Notes: a model not told the origin generated them from the sequence alone. DNA of 64,000 bases from Lama glama (GCA_028534125.1 CM052818.1:20772001-20836000), one strand, 5' to 3'; counted from the first letter of the stretch, positions 13,129-26,110 are shown. Program-made: numbers and translations.

Positions 13129-14214
13129 TGTCACTTGTAAATGTTTAATTGACTGAAATAGACTCAATAGGTACAAGAAGAAAACAACTTTTAATTTACT
13201 AATCCCACTCCTTATTCATGTTTGCAGTAGTTCTTTCTGTCCTTGGCTGAAATAATGGACACAGTCTCAACTTCTTCATTCGTTTTTAGTCATTAGAAAT
13301 GTCTTATTTTAGCAATTGAAATATCTTCCCTAGTGTAATAATTGAAGCTCCAAACTTGATATGAATTAAATTCCGTATCTGGGAAACACTACTTTACTGT
13401 AGGGGCTTTCAGGGGTCATTGTTAGCTTCCTCTGTCTTCCCCTTTTGTTATTCTTCTCTTCATCCCCAATTCACTAGCTGAATTTTCTGATCCCTGCAAG
13501 TTTAGTCCTCAGAGTTGACAACAGGGAGAAGGAACGTAGTCTTACAACGTGGGGACAGTTGCAGTCTGAGGATAGAGTCTTCTCGGTGGCCCATTTACCA
13601 TTGCTGATTCATTCGTCCATGGGGTATTTTTGAAAAACTTTGGATTTTGTTTTGTAAGATTTTTACCAACATGACCCTTGAACTGCCATCCGTGTGACTT
13701 GGCAGGTATCTCTGGCTGACTAGTTATGACTCTCCTCCAGACTCAGGCTTCAGGCTGGCTGCTCTTCTCTGGGTCCTTTTGCTATTCAGTCCTCTTGGAC
13801 AGAATCTCTTGAAAGCTACCTCCCACTTCCTCTTGCAGGCCCATGGTTCATGCTTCCTTGCCTACTTTCAGAGGGGATCAATAACTTTTCCTTAGTGCAG
13901 CTCTCTCCCCTTCTTTGTTCTCTTTCTCTCCTATGCTTGTGTTTGCATCTGTTCTTTCTTATGTTCACATATTGGTCCCAATAAAACCCCTCTCACTTGG
14001 CATGGGGTGAGTGGGACACTTTCACATGAGATGTTGGGGCAGCAGGAGAAGTGCCACAGCAATCCAACAATCTTCTTAAAGAAATTTCCTCTTTCAACTC
14101 TAACCCCGTCCCGTCCCTCCTCTCAAACAGAAGGATTGCTAACATTGGTGAAGCCGGCTTTTGGGACTTTAACCAGAATAAAAGCATCCCATGTACTCTC
14201 ATACAATCAGCACA
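13129..14214. mobile_element. Probable ancient solo LTR (LTR78-like) interrupting an L2 tail
   Basis: About 1.1 kb with TG...CA ends. An L2 3' tail (attcattcaacaaatatt, 13111-13128) stops at its left edge and L2 sequence resumes after about 14215. Confidence 0.5.
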
Positions 14215-14460
14215 GTGTTGTTAGTACCCAAACTGTATGGCAGATACAGTCCTATGTGCTGGGAGTAAGAGTGGCGAGCAAGACAGAGAGTTACCTGTCT
14301 TGAAACTTTTATTCTAGTGGGGAAAACAGATGAAAAGAAACGTGTGTGTGTGTGTGTGTGTTTATATATACTATATTAATTAGTGATAAATTCTAAATGG
14401 AGAATTGAAAACAAGGTATGGGGATAGAGAGTGACAAAAAGGGAAAGTTTCGGTAGATAC
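14215..14460 (-). mobile_element. L2 3' fragment containing a (TG)n tract
   Basis: cagatacagtcctatgtgctgggag...aagacagagagttacctgtcttgaaacttttattctagtggggaaaacaga; TG repeat at about 14342-14361. Confidence 0.65.
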
Positions 14461-14855
14461 AGACATAACAACTCTTCTTATCTTTTACTAATAGGAATTC
14501 TCTTCATGTGGTATGGTATATGAGATACATTTTAAGGAAACTACCCAGGCTGAAGTAAAGTGTGATGGATTTATGTCCTCATTATCTGTATCATCCAGAT
14601 TCACGTCCTTATTATCCTCATCTTTTCATGACATATGAGCTCTCTAGGGCCATATTTTTCAAATCATAGGTTACAACCCACTGGTGGAAGGTGAAGTCAA
14701 TATATTTGTTTCCAACCAGCATTTAAAAAAATTAAATAGAAAAGAATAGAAAATAGAGTTCATTTTATGTAGTGAAGCTACATGTTTTATGAATATTTGT
14801 TTTGGTTACATACATGTATTGTATACTGGGTTGAGATGTAGAGCGTATTTCTTAT

Positions 14856-14986
14856 AATTTTTCTTTTTGGAGGGGGAGGTAATTAGGTTTCTATTTTGTT
14901 TCATTTTTATTTAATGGAAGTACTAGGAGTTGAAGGACCTTGTACATGCTAGGCACACACTCTACCACTGAGCTGTACCCTTCCCT
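14856..14986 (-). mobile_element. Camelid tRNA-derived SINE (Vic-1 type)
   Basis: Reverse complement reads gggaagggtacagctcagtggtagagtgtgtgcctagcatgtacaaggtcc...aaacctaattacctccccctccaaaaagaaaaa; 15-bp TSD gagcgtatttcttat (14841-14855) / gagtgtatttcttat (14987-15001). Confidence 0.9.
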
Positions 14987-15001
14987 GAGTGTATTTCTTA
15001 T

Positions 15002-15506
15002 TGTCAGTTCTTTTGCATTCCTGAACCTAATTTCAAAATGTGTGTATCAGTGGGAACCCCTACATATAACAAGCAGTGCTCTGATACCAGCTGGGTGTCT
15101 GCCATTCAGTTCAATTCTGATACTATTTACCCAGAGATGGCAGCAGATTCCCCAGGTTAAAGGCTCAGTCCCACAACACTAAACTATCCCCCAACTCCTT
15201 CCCTGCACTTCAGAAGCCAGTCACTAGCCCAGGTTGTCACCTGGACTTCTGACCAACTGGCTGTAGTTTGGAGTTCCCAACCTCTGGTACCTGTCTGCGG
15301 ATTTGATTAATTTACTAAAACTCAGGAAAAGCAGTTCATTTACATTTACTGGCTTATTATAAAAGGATACAGATGAACACTTAGATGGAAGAGGAAAAGA
15401 TGCTTGTGGTGCTCTTATCACTTAGGAAATTACAGGGATTTCAGGAGCTCTGCGGCTGGGAACCTGGGGTTGAAACCAATACATATATTTTCTGTTATCT
15501 CACACA
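15002..15506 (-). mobile_element. MER21-like LTR (internally deleted)
   Basis: accagctgggtgtc...ttcaattctgatactatttacccagagatggcagcagattccccaggttaaaggctcagtccca and tttactggcttattataaaaggataca; TG...CA ends. Confidence 0.8.
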
Positions 15507-16249
15507 ATGATGATCAGAAAAATTTGAAAAACATTGCTGTATGAAATTTCATATTTGAACCTTTAAAGATGCAAAGTTAAGAGATAAGATTGTGAGATTC
15601 CCTAATGAGAAGTTGGGAAGCTCTTAGAAATACAATTTAGATTATCTGACAAAATTGCAAAAGATCCTCCTAAGGAAAGAAAATAAGGTAACAGTTCTCA
15701 GAACACATTGGGGTATGTGAGCTGGACTAATGTGATCTACCAGTGAAATTACAAACCACAGTCCTTTCCAAATTCTCTGGAAAGAGTTAAAATGGAGAGA
15801 ATTTTCTCAATTAAAATTCCTCATGTCAAAGAAAGCTTTTCATATACTTTATTAACATATGTACTCTTGGTAACAAAATTCTACAGAAAAAGAGGATATA
15901 AGACAATTACATTAGAAAAAAGAAAACAAAATTTAGATGACTGGTTTGCTACGTCTTACATTCATTAAAATGTATCAGAAAATTGCTTAAGTATTCTATC
16001 AGGGATGCTTTTTTTTTTTTTTTTAAGAAGACTATGAATTACATTACACAAGAATTGTCCTTTACTAAACCAAGTTTGGATCCATTTTTATTTTACATTC
16101 ATTTTTCTTAATTTTTGGATGTCTGCTATTATCTAGTATTTGATTTGGCCTTTCTATATTTAATCACATTATTTAAAATGCACATATTCCATCATATTCT
16201 GAATAGAGTGCATTGACTTCCATGGTCTTTGCCACCAGAAGAAGACTGG

Positions 16250-17400
16250 GAACTGAAAGTAAATCAGTATGGTATGTACTGGCTGTGAACTTTTGGCCAA
16301 GTGTGGATTTTAAAAGGGCATATACAATGCTGAAAAAAGTACAAGTAACCAAGCATGTGTGTGAGAGTCACTGATCTTCTAAAAACAGCACTGGAAGACT
16401 AAAGCTTATGGCCTGAATCACTTTGTTAACTGCCTCCCATCTAATGCTAAGTATAGTATGAAAGGTTTATAATGATTATCTTAGGAAAGAGAGAAGAGAT
16501 CTCAACTGCTTGTAGGTAATGTCGTCATCCTAATCAGTGGCCAAGAGGAAGTGGAATTATTCAACTCCTATTTTGGTTTGTGAGACAGAATGATTTGGGG
16601 GCTGAAAAGATAGAGTAAACATCATTAAAGAAAAGTGGAATGTAACTAAAATAAGGTAATAGTTAGAGAGTTTCTGTTTCTCATTTTATCTTCTGGCCCA
16701 GAAGAAACATTTTCTGGAGTTCTGAGTAGACTTGCGAATAAAAATTTGGTACCACTGTTGGTAATTTTTGAGAAATTGTGGAAGCTTGGAATTGGGCAGA
16801 TGTATTATTTTGATGTCCCAAAGGGGGTAGTTCATACAAATGACTATCGAATGTGATCTTGATCAGGCAAGATTATTATCAAATGATAAAAGGATGGATT
16901 ATAAGCAATTAGGAAGGGACACTAGACATAACCATTGGAAGTCAGCAAGTGTTTTCTATAAATAAAACGTGTTGGTTTTATTTCATTTTCTGTTAGGAAA
17001 ACTAGACTGGTAGGCACATCTGGATCTCAGCGCAGCTTTTGATAGTCTCTTGATGCCCTTATGGAGAAATTAGAGAAATAGGTTTTGTGGCTCCCAAGAT
17101 GATGTTGGTTAGCAATGGGATTGATGTCCAGTGTGAGGTCTCTAGTGGTGTGCCAGAGACACTGTATTAGTTAGCATTTCAATCAATAATTTATAGTCAA
17201 GATCTGGAGGCTTGCTTTTCAAGTTTGTGGACATTGATGTGTGTTAGAGTCAGGATCAGAAAAGTTTTTCAACTACTTGAGTTGTTGGACCTCATCTAAC
17301 AAAATAAACTGTAATAAGGACTTTTGTGATGGTGGAAGGAATTTTTGATAGAGATTTTGATGGGATGATTTCTAAATTTTCCTTTGAAATCTGACCATTG
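16250..17400 (+). mobile_element. Ancient L3/CR1 LINE reverse-transcriptase remnant
   Basis: Degenerate CR1 RT motifs in order: agtcagcaagtgtttt (SQHGF-like), tctggatctcagcgcagcttttgat (LDFSKAFD-like), tctagtggtgtgccagag (SGVPQ-like), aagtttgtggac (KFADD-like). Confidence 0.7.
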
Positions 17401-20400
17401 AAGATTCTATTGGAATAACGTGGAGCAGATCTCCCATGTCCTGAACCACCTGGGCCTGTTTCTTTTGTTTTGGTTTAAAGAAGTTTACTTTCCAACAAAT
17501 CAACAAGCTTAGTTATGTACAACTTAAGATGTGTCTAGCTATGTGAAACTCATAATGCTGTGAAGTTAAAATTCTTCTGTATGGAGGAAGATTTGTGGTT
17601 GCTGTTATTTATTTCTACTACAATAATTTCTGTATTTATTTTGTATTTAAACAACTGTCTCCTCCATTTGCAGTTTCTAGTAGTGATGAAGGCCATGAAT
17701 TAGCTTTCGAGCTGGGACAGCCTTAATTTTTTTTTTTTTGGATGTTAGTTTTATTATTATGCTTAATGACAAGTTAAGATGATACAGTATTTGTCTCACT
17801 TCTTTCTAAGGTGATGACTTGAGAAAAGGTGCTGTCATATTCTAGGACTTTGTTGTCTTTCACCTATTGATATTCCTCTCTCCATTTCTGTGACTGTTGT
17901 AAACATTAGACTCTTGTTTGTAAGGCTTGCTTTCTGGGATGTTTGTGACATTAAGTAAATTTTAAAATAAAATTGTTATATAACCAATATAATGTGTGCT
18001 CATTTTATTGAAATGGCCAGAATGTTTTAAAAAATATACCTGTATATTTAAATAAACCATTTCAGTGAGATATGTTGGAAGGGAGGCATAAGGAATGAAT
18101 AATTATGGGGTGTGTGTGTGTGTGGGTGTGTGATTTTAAAATACTGTTTGGATTCAGATTCAGTTTGACAGTTTTTGATCAAAATAAAATGTGTTATAGC
18201 AGTTTGTAACCCATGTGTTTCTGCATCCCCAAGTCCAACTTAAGTATCTGCAGGAATTACCCCAGCCTCCCTCTACCCCCCTTAACTCTTGCAGATCTTT
18301 GTTTATTGACTTAGATTAGAACTGGCCTAGAGCCCAGTGATGGTCATTTCACGTCTGTAGGTTTTTGGTTACAAATCTGCTTTTGTTGCCAGATCCAATA
18401 AAGATTCTTGATTGTTTTTGTTAGTTTTATTATAAGTTCTTGCCAAAGATACAATGTATTATAACCAAAACAGATGTTCTGTTTAGACAAGTGTATTTGC
18501 TGTAACAGAACCAAAAATATAAACTAAACATGTTCAGCATTAATGTAAGAATTGATGATATTTGGAATGTTATGAGTGTTTTTGATAACCTTTAGAAAGG
18601 AAAGAACAATGCTTTATTTTGAGCAATTGTTTTACTCTTTTTCTCTGTCCATATCAGTTTGTGTATGTACAGTTTATATTCTTAGATACTCCTCTAAACT
18701 AACATTTTACTGTGGTCTTAGAAGTAGAATGGAATTCACTAATTTCATGTATACAGAGTTCTGTTATTTCTTAAAGTACATACATCAGATAAACAGTATT
18801 TTGTCATAGAGACATCATTGAGTAGAAAAAATAGTTTTTAAGATTCTAATGCTGCTAAATAGGTAAGGGAAATAATTATACATAGATCTTTCAAAAAATG
18901 GTGTATTTGGTGAAATCAGCAACCTTATTATAGGGTTATAGCATAGATCTTTTGAGACTGTAAATAACCATTGGGCCCAGTGTAATTTTATTTATGCTGA
19001 ATTCTATGTTGTAGTGAACACAGATGCATAATGAATACAAGATACATGTATTTGTATTATGTAATTTTATCTCTTTTTTTAAAATCATAGTTCCTGGAAT
19101 AAATATGATGTGTGAGGGATAAGACTGCATTATCAACAAGTACTAAGGGGATGATTAAGATTGTCAACTCATTGGCCTATTCTGATTCATATTTTCCTCT
19201 TTTCTTTGGCATTAAACAACTTGCTGTTCCTTTGGCCAACTTAAAAATATATATATTATTGATTTTCCAAAAAACATTTTGATTTATTTGAACCAATTTT
19301 CAAAAACACATTATTTGGGAACACCTTTTTTTTTTATTAGAACCATTTGGATTGTGCAGAATCACTATGGTTCTATTTCTTGTTTCAGTTGCATTAGAAA
19401 AATGCAAAACTGCTAGAATTCTTTGTTGTTGAGATGCTTTTCATTTGGTTTTAGAGGAGCTGAAATTTTGGAGCCAGAAATTAATATTTGTAAATAGTAG
19501 TTTTTGAATCCACCTTACTTGTGTTTTATATGGGGTTTATTTATTTTTTTTGGAGGGGGTCACCTTTTGATTCTAATATATTTTGTGTGGCTAAATCTTT
19601 GTGTTACGCTCTCCTAACTTATTGAAATACCACTTTTAAGTTCCCCACATCCGTACATTTCTAAGGTTACACCCAGCTTAATTCCCATTACTTTTCCGCT
19701 TCACAGCACTTGCATTTTGAAGGGACCCTAACATTTGGGTTCACATTATGATAATTAGGTTTCAGGGGCATGGGGGATTAAAGATGTCTCAGGTCTAGTT
19801 GCAGAATAAAGTTCAGAAGCACTTGTAAAACTTGCCTGATTGGTGGGTAGAGAGCTTTTATTTATTCACTACTCATGCAGCATTAATCCGTATTTCATCA
19901 GGTACCTACAGTGCTGTAATTCTAGATGTGACCTTGGGACTTGATTTACTTCAGCTCCGTTTTCTTTATTAATGTGCCATGAAAGAGGTACATGAAAGAT
20001 AGCCAACATCAAAGTACCTTTTAAAGTAAAATGGTTGATAGGAATTCCCTGGTATTTAACACTGTCTGTCAAATGTTTCAGCTGGTTTGCATCCTTTTAC
20101 AAGCTATTGCTTGCTGCACTAAAAGAAATTTAAAGCAGTTGTTTCAAGTTTTGGTGGGGGGTGGGGTGGGTTATGGTGGCAGTGGTGGTGTTTGGATGGC
20201 AATCGTTCGCTAGAGAAGAGAGTAAATGAGAAGTTAAGGACATGTTCTTTTTTTAACTGTGCTTCTCCCGAGATTGTTTTTATGTTTTCCTTTGGGTCGG
20301 GGAGTGTTTAGTCCAGTGTGGTGCTTATGATGAGAGTGATGAGACACTCATCTGGGTTATAAGAAGACTGAAGAGGGTGACTAAAAAGAATTCATCAAAC

Positions 20401-22109
20401 CTCTGTGAAAGCAGGAATAAAAGGCAATGTCAGCATCTTATTCAGAGATTGTTTAACAAGTTTAACTTCACAGCCTGTTTATTCTTATACTGAGCCATCT
20501 GAGAGAAAGCTTTTAAACATAGTTAAGTGGGAAACTGAGTCTTAAGCAGAACAAAGGAAACAGAACTTGGGGAAGGTTTTCCATATGTATTGTGGAATAT
20601 TTATTTTCCTGTAAATGCATGCTTTACAGTCTGTAGTCTCTGTTCTACGCTGAATATATGGGGTAGAAGTTCTTGTAGCTCAGTTTTGAAACTGATTCCT
20701 TCTTTGTTTCAAAAAAAAATTTGTTGGATGTTTCTCCTACTTAAGAAAAAATATTTGAAACCATTTTGCTTTTTAGTTAATCACAGGGATTGTCTGTGGA
20801 TCTATTCCTGTCATCTTTACCATAGAACTATCTTAATCTGAATAGTGAAGAACAGAAATTACAGAATGCTTTGGAAAATGAAAATTACTTGCTTTCAAAT
20901 TATACTTTATTTTCAACTTTCTAACATAACCTTGACTTGTAGAAGTCTTTTAAAATCTATTGTAATTAAAACTTTTTTGTAATTAATATTCATTAAAATG
21001 TATTTTTGTAGTAGTAAAATGCTTTAAAAATAGCATATTCTTTTGATACTCTGTAATGTTGTTTGTACCTGTGTGCTTAACTAACTTTTTACTCATATGT
21101 GGTGGGAAAATAAATTTCATCCCAGACCTAGTCTTGGTGATTTATTCAACTAAAATGTTTGGCCTGTAAAGTATCAGAAACCAACACTACATTGGACACA
21201 GAGGAGGTTGGTAATGGCCTTTTCTTTTCAAGGAAAGCAGATATTTGAGACAGATTGTCAACATCAAATGAGCTACAGAGGTAACTTACTTAGTACATGT
21301 AGGGAGTGAGCACTGTATGTAGTTTATTTGACATTTGAGTCTGTGATTAAGGAAGGGGGTGGGAGAGGTACATCTTGCCCATTTGTTAGTATAGAAACTG
21401 CAGAGCTTCTTGCTGCCATTGCCGTAAAGCAGAGATGGCTCACCCCCGGCATTAAGAAGAGTGACCTCTGGGGTTGAGAGATGGATATTAGAAGATAGAT
21501 AGTAGAATGAAAACTGGAAGATGTATACCTTTCTATTCATGCCACAATTTTTTTCAACCCCTTAGCCCCTCCCCCTTCACTGTTAACAGCATCTTCTTTT
21601 GTGTTTAAGATATGTTCCTTTAATAATTTGATATGACTCATCATAGTCATAGGGAATTAGGAGCAGTAAAGCATGATAGTGCTTAAAAAGTCATTAAGAT
21701 CTTTTTTTTTTTTTTTTTGCAAGCATTTTAGCTTTCCTAGGGCAGAGCTGTGGGGTCCTTTGGTTGACATGGTGACTCATGTTTTGATTTTTTTTTCTTT
21801 TCTTTTGAAGTTTTTTATATCCTATCTAATTTAGGACCAGTATAGTTAAAGTATATGATTTGGTCCTAACAACCAGCTTAGCAGTTGATTGGTGTATTTT
21901 TGACTGATTCTTAGGTTTACTTAGTTACCTCATTTACCCAAAATTCCTACTATTCTTCAAAGCATTTTTATTTTTCCCTTCAGCATAGTTTTCATGAACC
22001 ACAGAAGGGACTACAAGAAGTTTGATAGACTATCCTCCCAACTCCCAACAGGTTTAAATTCAGATAGTTCCATGATTTAAATCATGATGCTACCATCGTT
22101 GCCATTGTC

Positions 22110-22510
22110 ATATTCTACTTGTTTTGACTTATGATATTCTAGTGAGTATGAAGTGGTATTTCCTTGTGGATTCAGTTTGCATTTCTTTGATGACTAATGG
22201 CATCCAGCATCTTTTCGTATACATATTGGCCATTTGTATAAATTCCTTGGATACATGTCTATTCAGGTCCCTTGCTCATTTTTTATTTAGATTATTTGTA
22301 GATTGTCTTTTTATTATTGAGTTTTAAGAGTTCTTTATAAATTCTGGGTACAAGTCCCTTATTGGATGATTTGGAAGTACTTTCTTCCATTATGTGGGTT
22401 GTCTTTTTACTTTCTTGATGATCACATTTAAAGCACAAAAGTTTTAAATCTTGTTGAAATTCAATCTATCTTTTTTTTTTCTTTTGTTACCCATGCTTTT
22501 GAGGTCATAT
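22110..22510 (-). mobile_element. L1 ORF2 C-terminal fragment (L1MB-like)
   Basis: gaagtggtatttccttgtggattcagtttgcatttctttgatgactaatg; gagttttaagagttctttataaattctgg. Confidence 0.85.
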
Positions 22511-25500
22511 GAGATTTGATTTGTGGCCTAGCATGTGACCTGTCCTGTAGAACGTTCCATGTGCACTTGAAAAGAATGTGTATTCTGCTGTTTTCAGATA
22601 GAGTGTCCTGTAGATATCTATTAAGTCCAAGAAGTGTAATGTACCTTTCAAAGCTACTGTTTCCTTATTGATTATCTGGATGATCTGTCCATTGATGTAA
22701 GTGGGGTGTTAAAGTCTCCTAATGTTATTGTATTATTGCCAATTTCTCCCTTTATATCTGTTAATGTTTGCTTTATATATTTAGTTGCTTCTGTATTAGG
22801 TACATACATGTTTCTGAATGTTCTCTCTTCTTGTGTAGATTCCTTTAATGCCCTTCTTTTTCTTTTATTATAGACTTTGTTTTAAAGTCTACTTTGTATG
22901 ATGTGAGTATTGCTACAACTTTCTTTTTGTTTCCATTTGCATGGAATGCCATTTTCCGTCTCCTCACTTTCAATCTGTGTGTGTCTTTTGCTCTGAAGGG
23001 AGTCTCTTGCAGGCTTCATGTCGACGAGTCTTTTTTAATCCAGTCAGCCCCCTGTGTCTTTTGATTGAATCATTTAGTGCATTTACATATCAAGTGATAA
23101 TTGATAGATAGGTACTTACTGCCATTTTTTTTTACTTGTTTTCTGGTTTTTGTAGTTCTTCTCTGTTCTTTTCTTGTAGTCTCTTGTCATATGGTTTGAT
23201 GATTTTCTTTAGTGTTTGTGTTCCTTTCTGTCTAGTTTTTATGTATCTGTTACAGGTTTTTGATTTGTGGTTACTATGGATTCATCTATGTTGACCTATA
23301 GCTAAATCTACTTGTTTTAAACTGACAGGCATTTAAGTTCAAACACATCCTAAAAGCTGAACATATCCCTCCCCCCATGTTTTGTGTTTTTGATGTTATA
23401 TTTTACATCTTTGGGCCTATCCCTTAACTGTTTATTGTAGTTATAGTTGACTTTGCAATATTTGCCTTTTATCCTTTATACTAGCTTATTTAAGTGGTTG
23501 ATCCACAGCCATTACCGTATATTTGCCTTTACCAGTAGGATTTTCCCCTTCCGATATTTTCCGATTTCTTGTTGTAGCCTTTTCTTTTTCACTTAAAGAA
23601 GACCCTTAATTCTTCTTGAAGAAGATTGGTTTAGCATTGATGAACTCTTAGTTTTTGCTTGCCTGAGAAACTCTTTCTCTCTCCTTCAGTTCTGAATAAT
23701 AACCTTACTGCTTAGACTATCCTAGATTGTCAAATTTTTTTCCTTTTACCACTTTAAATATATCATGCCACTCTCTTCTGGTCTGCAAAGTTTTTGCTGA
23801 AAATCAGCTAATAGCTTTATGTGGGTTCCCTTGTATGTGACTCCTTTTTTTCTTGCTGTTTTAGAATTCTCTCTTCAAATTCTGACGTTTTAGTTATCAT
23901 GTGTCTTGGTGTGAGTCTCTTAAGATTTGTCTTGTTGTGGACTCTCTGGGTTTCCTGTTCCTGGTTATATTTCCTTCTTCAGGTTCAGAAAGTTTTCAGC
24001 CATAATTTCATGAAATAACACTTTCTACTTTTTCTTTCTTCTCCTGGAACCTCTGTGATACTTATGTTAGTATGCTTAATGTTGTCCCAGAAATTTCTTA
24101 AACTATTCTCATTTTTTAAAATTTGATTTTCTTTTTGTTGTTCTAATTGGGTGATTTCCGTTATTCGATCTTTCAGATTGCTTATGTATTCTTCTGTATC
24201 ATCTAATCTGCTGTTAATTCCTTTTAGTGTATTTTTCATTTCCTTTATTGTATTCTTCAGCTCTGTGTGGTTCTTTTTTATATTTTCTAGTTCTTTGTTA
24301 AAATTCTCACTGTGTCCATTCATTCTTTTCTCCAGTTCAGTTAGTATTCTTATTATTGTTACTTTGAACTTATGAGGTAAATTATTTATCTCTGTTTCAT
24401 TAGGTTTTTTTCCCTTGTTCTTCCATTTGAAACATATTCCTCTCTCTTCTCACTTTATTTATCTTTCTCCATCTCTTTGAAATTAGGTGAGATAGTTACC
24501 TATCCAGGTCTTGAAGGTGTATCCTTGTGTAGGAGTGTTTCTCTGCAGGCTACGTGTGTCCAGTGGCTTTGGTGGGAGCTGGATCTGAAGTGAGCGTAAG
24601 CTGTATCTTCCCCCAGAGTATGCTTGCAGCCACCACCATAGTGGGAGGTAGGGCTGGAGTTGGAGGTGCTAGAGCCAGAGCCAGGTTCAAGGTAGGGCTT
24701 CTATGCTCAGTGGCCATCACTGCCCATTTGGGAGTGGATTCAGGCCCAAGAGGCTGGAGCAGAAGCCCTGAGGGGATTGGGTTTCTCCTAGGTGTGATGC
24801 TATCTCAGTTGGGGGTGTCTGAGGCCCGAGGGTTTGGGCTTCACTTCTGAGCTTGTTCAACTTTTTCCTTGTGTGCATTCCTTGGTTAGAGACTGGGTTG
24901 GGCTGGTGGGGTTGGAGCTGTACTACTGAGCTGGTTCTACTTCTTTCCAAGTGTGTGACTAGATGTCATGTCTGAAAGGCTGTCTTCAGCTTGGAGCTGG
25001 TTCCTCCCCCCAACAAGTGTGTGCACGGACATGGGCAGGCACACCAGCAGTGGCTGCCTCTGCCCTGGTCATAGGCAGGGCTGCGGCCCAAGTCAGCTCT
25101 GTTCCTTCCAAATATGTGCAGTCTTGTCAGCAGTGGCAGCTTCTGCCTTAGCGGGGAGCAGCAGAGGAACGAGAGGGTGTAGAGCAGGAGCCCCATGCAG
25201 ACCCTGGGGCACTGGCAAACTGGCCAGAACACCAGGCAGTTTTCAGTCTGCTGCCTTTGTGCTGGGACTGGGAGCAAACAGATCTGTGCGAGTGCTCTTT
25301 AAGAGCAGAGGCTCAGTTTCTTATAGCTCTCTGGTAAGCTCTGCTGGTTTTCAAATCAATTAAGGGGATTTGTCCTCCTGGTGTAGGACCCCAGGGCTGG
25401 GATGCCTAATATGTGACTTGAACCCTTTACCCCTGAGGGAGGATCTCTGAGATTCTGATATACCCACCTCTTCTGGATTACTTGCTAGGGATGCCAGTCC

Positions 25501-25683
25501 TGCCTAGATCACTTCTTACCAGACTGTATGGTTCTTTCTTTACAGCCTTGTAAAAGAGCTGTTCTGCTAGTCTCCAGTCTTCTTGAGTTGAGAGTTGCTT
25601 TACATGTAGTTGTAGTTTTGATGTGTTCTTGAGGGGAGATGAGTTCAGTGTCCTCCCACTCTGCCATCTTGATCCCACCTCCC
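22511..25683 (-). mobile_element. L1 5' half: 5' UTR, ORF1 and ORF2 endonuclease (disrupted)
   Basis: 5' end gggaggtgggatcaagatggcagagtgggagg; GC-rich UTR at about 24500-25680; ORF1p coiled coil NFNKELENIKKNHTELKNTIKEMKNTLKGINSRLD (23985..24323); ORF2 start MAVSTYLSIIT near 23125; EN motif FFSSAHGTF near 22550-22580. Confidence 0.92.
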
Positions 25684-26110
25684 TGCCATGGTATTATTGT
25701 ATTTTTAATTTCAAATTTAACTTGTTCTTTGCTAGTTTATAAGAAAGTGATTACCTTTTGTACATTAACCTTGTATCCTGCAACCTTGTTATAATTGCTT
25801 ATAATGATGTGACTTTTATAGCCTGTTGATGTGATGGATTATATTGATTGATTTTTGGATGTTTAACTAGCCTTGCATTCCTAGGATAAATTCTACTTAT
25901 GGTGTATAATTCTTTTTATACATTGTTGGATTTGATTTGCTAATATTTTGTTCAGGATCTTTATATTTGTGTACATGAGAGATACTGGTCTGTTGGTTTC
26001 CTTTCTTTGTTTGGTTTCAGTATTAGGGTAATGCTGGCGTCACAGAGTGAGTTAGGGAGCATTCCCTCTTCTGTTCTCTGCGTGGTATGATTTCTTCCTT
26101 AAATGTTTGG
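25684..26110 (-). mobile_element. Older L1 ORF2 (RT-region) fragments
   Basis: accttgtatcctgcaaccttg, gccttgcattcctaggataaat, gatttgatttgctaatattttgtt and gtattagggtaatgctggc. Confidence 0.85.

Larger units (their letters stand above)
14651..15536. mobile_element. hAT-Charlie (Charlie4-like) non-autonomous DNA transposon split by two insertions
   Basis: Left arm catatttttcaaatcataggttacaacccact...aatagaaaagaatagaaaata...tactgggttgagatgta; right terminus tcagaaaaatttgaaaaacattg. Confidence 0.65.

Noticed and set aside
14930..14986. tRNA gene on the minus strand
   Set aside because: It is the tRNA-derived head of the SINE: the B-box is damaged and it has a SINE tail and TSD.
20153..20190. G-quadruplex motif
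   Set aside because: Short G-rich low-complexity patch with no other support.
23985..24323. Functional or domesticated L1 ORF1 gene
   Set aside because: The frame breaks on both sides and ORF2 has stops and frameshifts, so it is a dead copy.
24554..25678. GC-rich ORF cluster as a gene or CpG-island promoter
   Set aside because: It lies in the L1 5' UTR, CpGs are largely decayed, and the ORFs reflect GC content.
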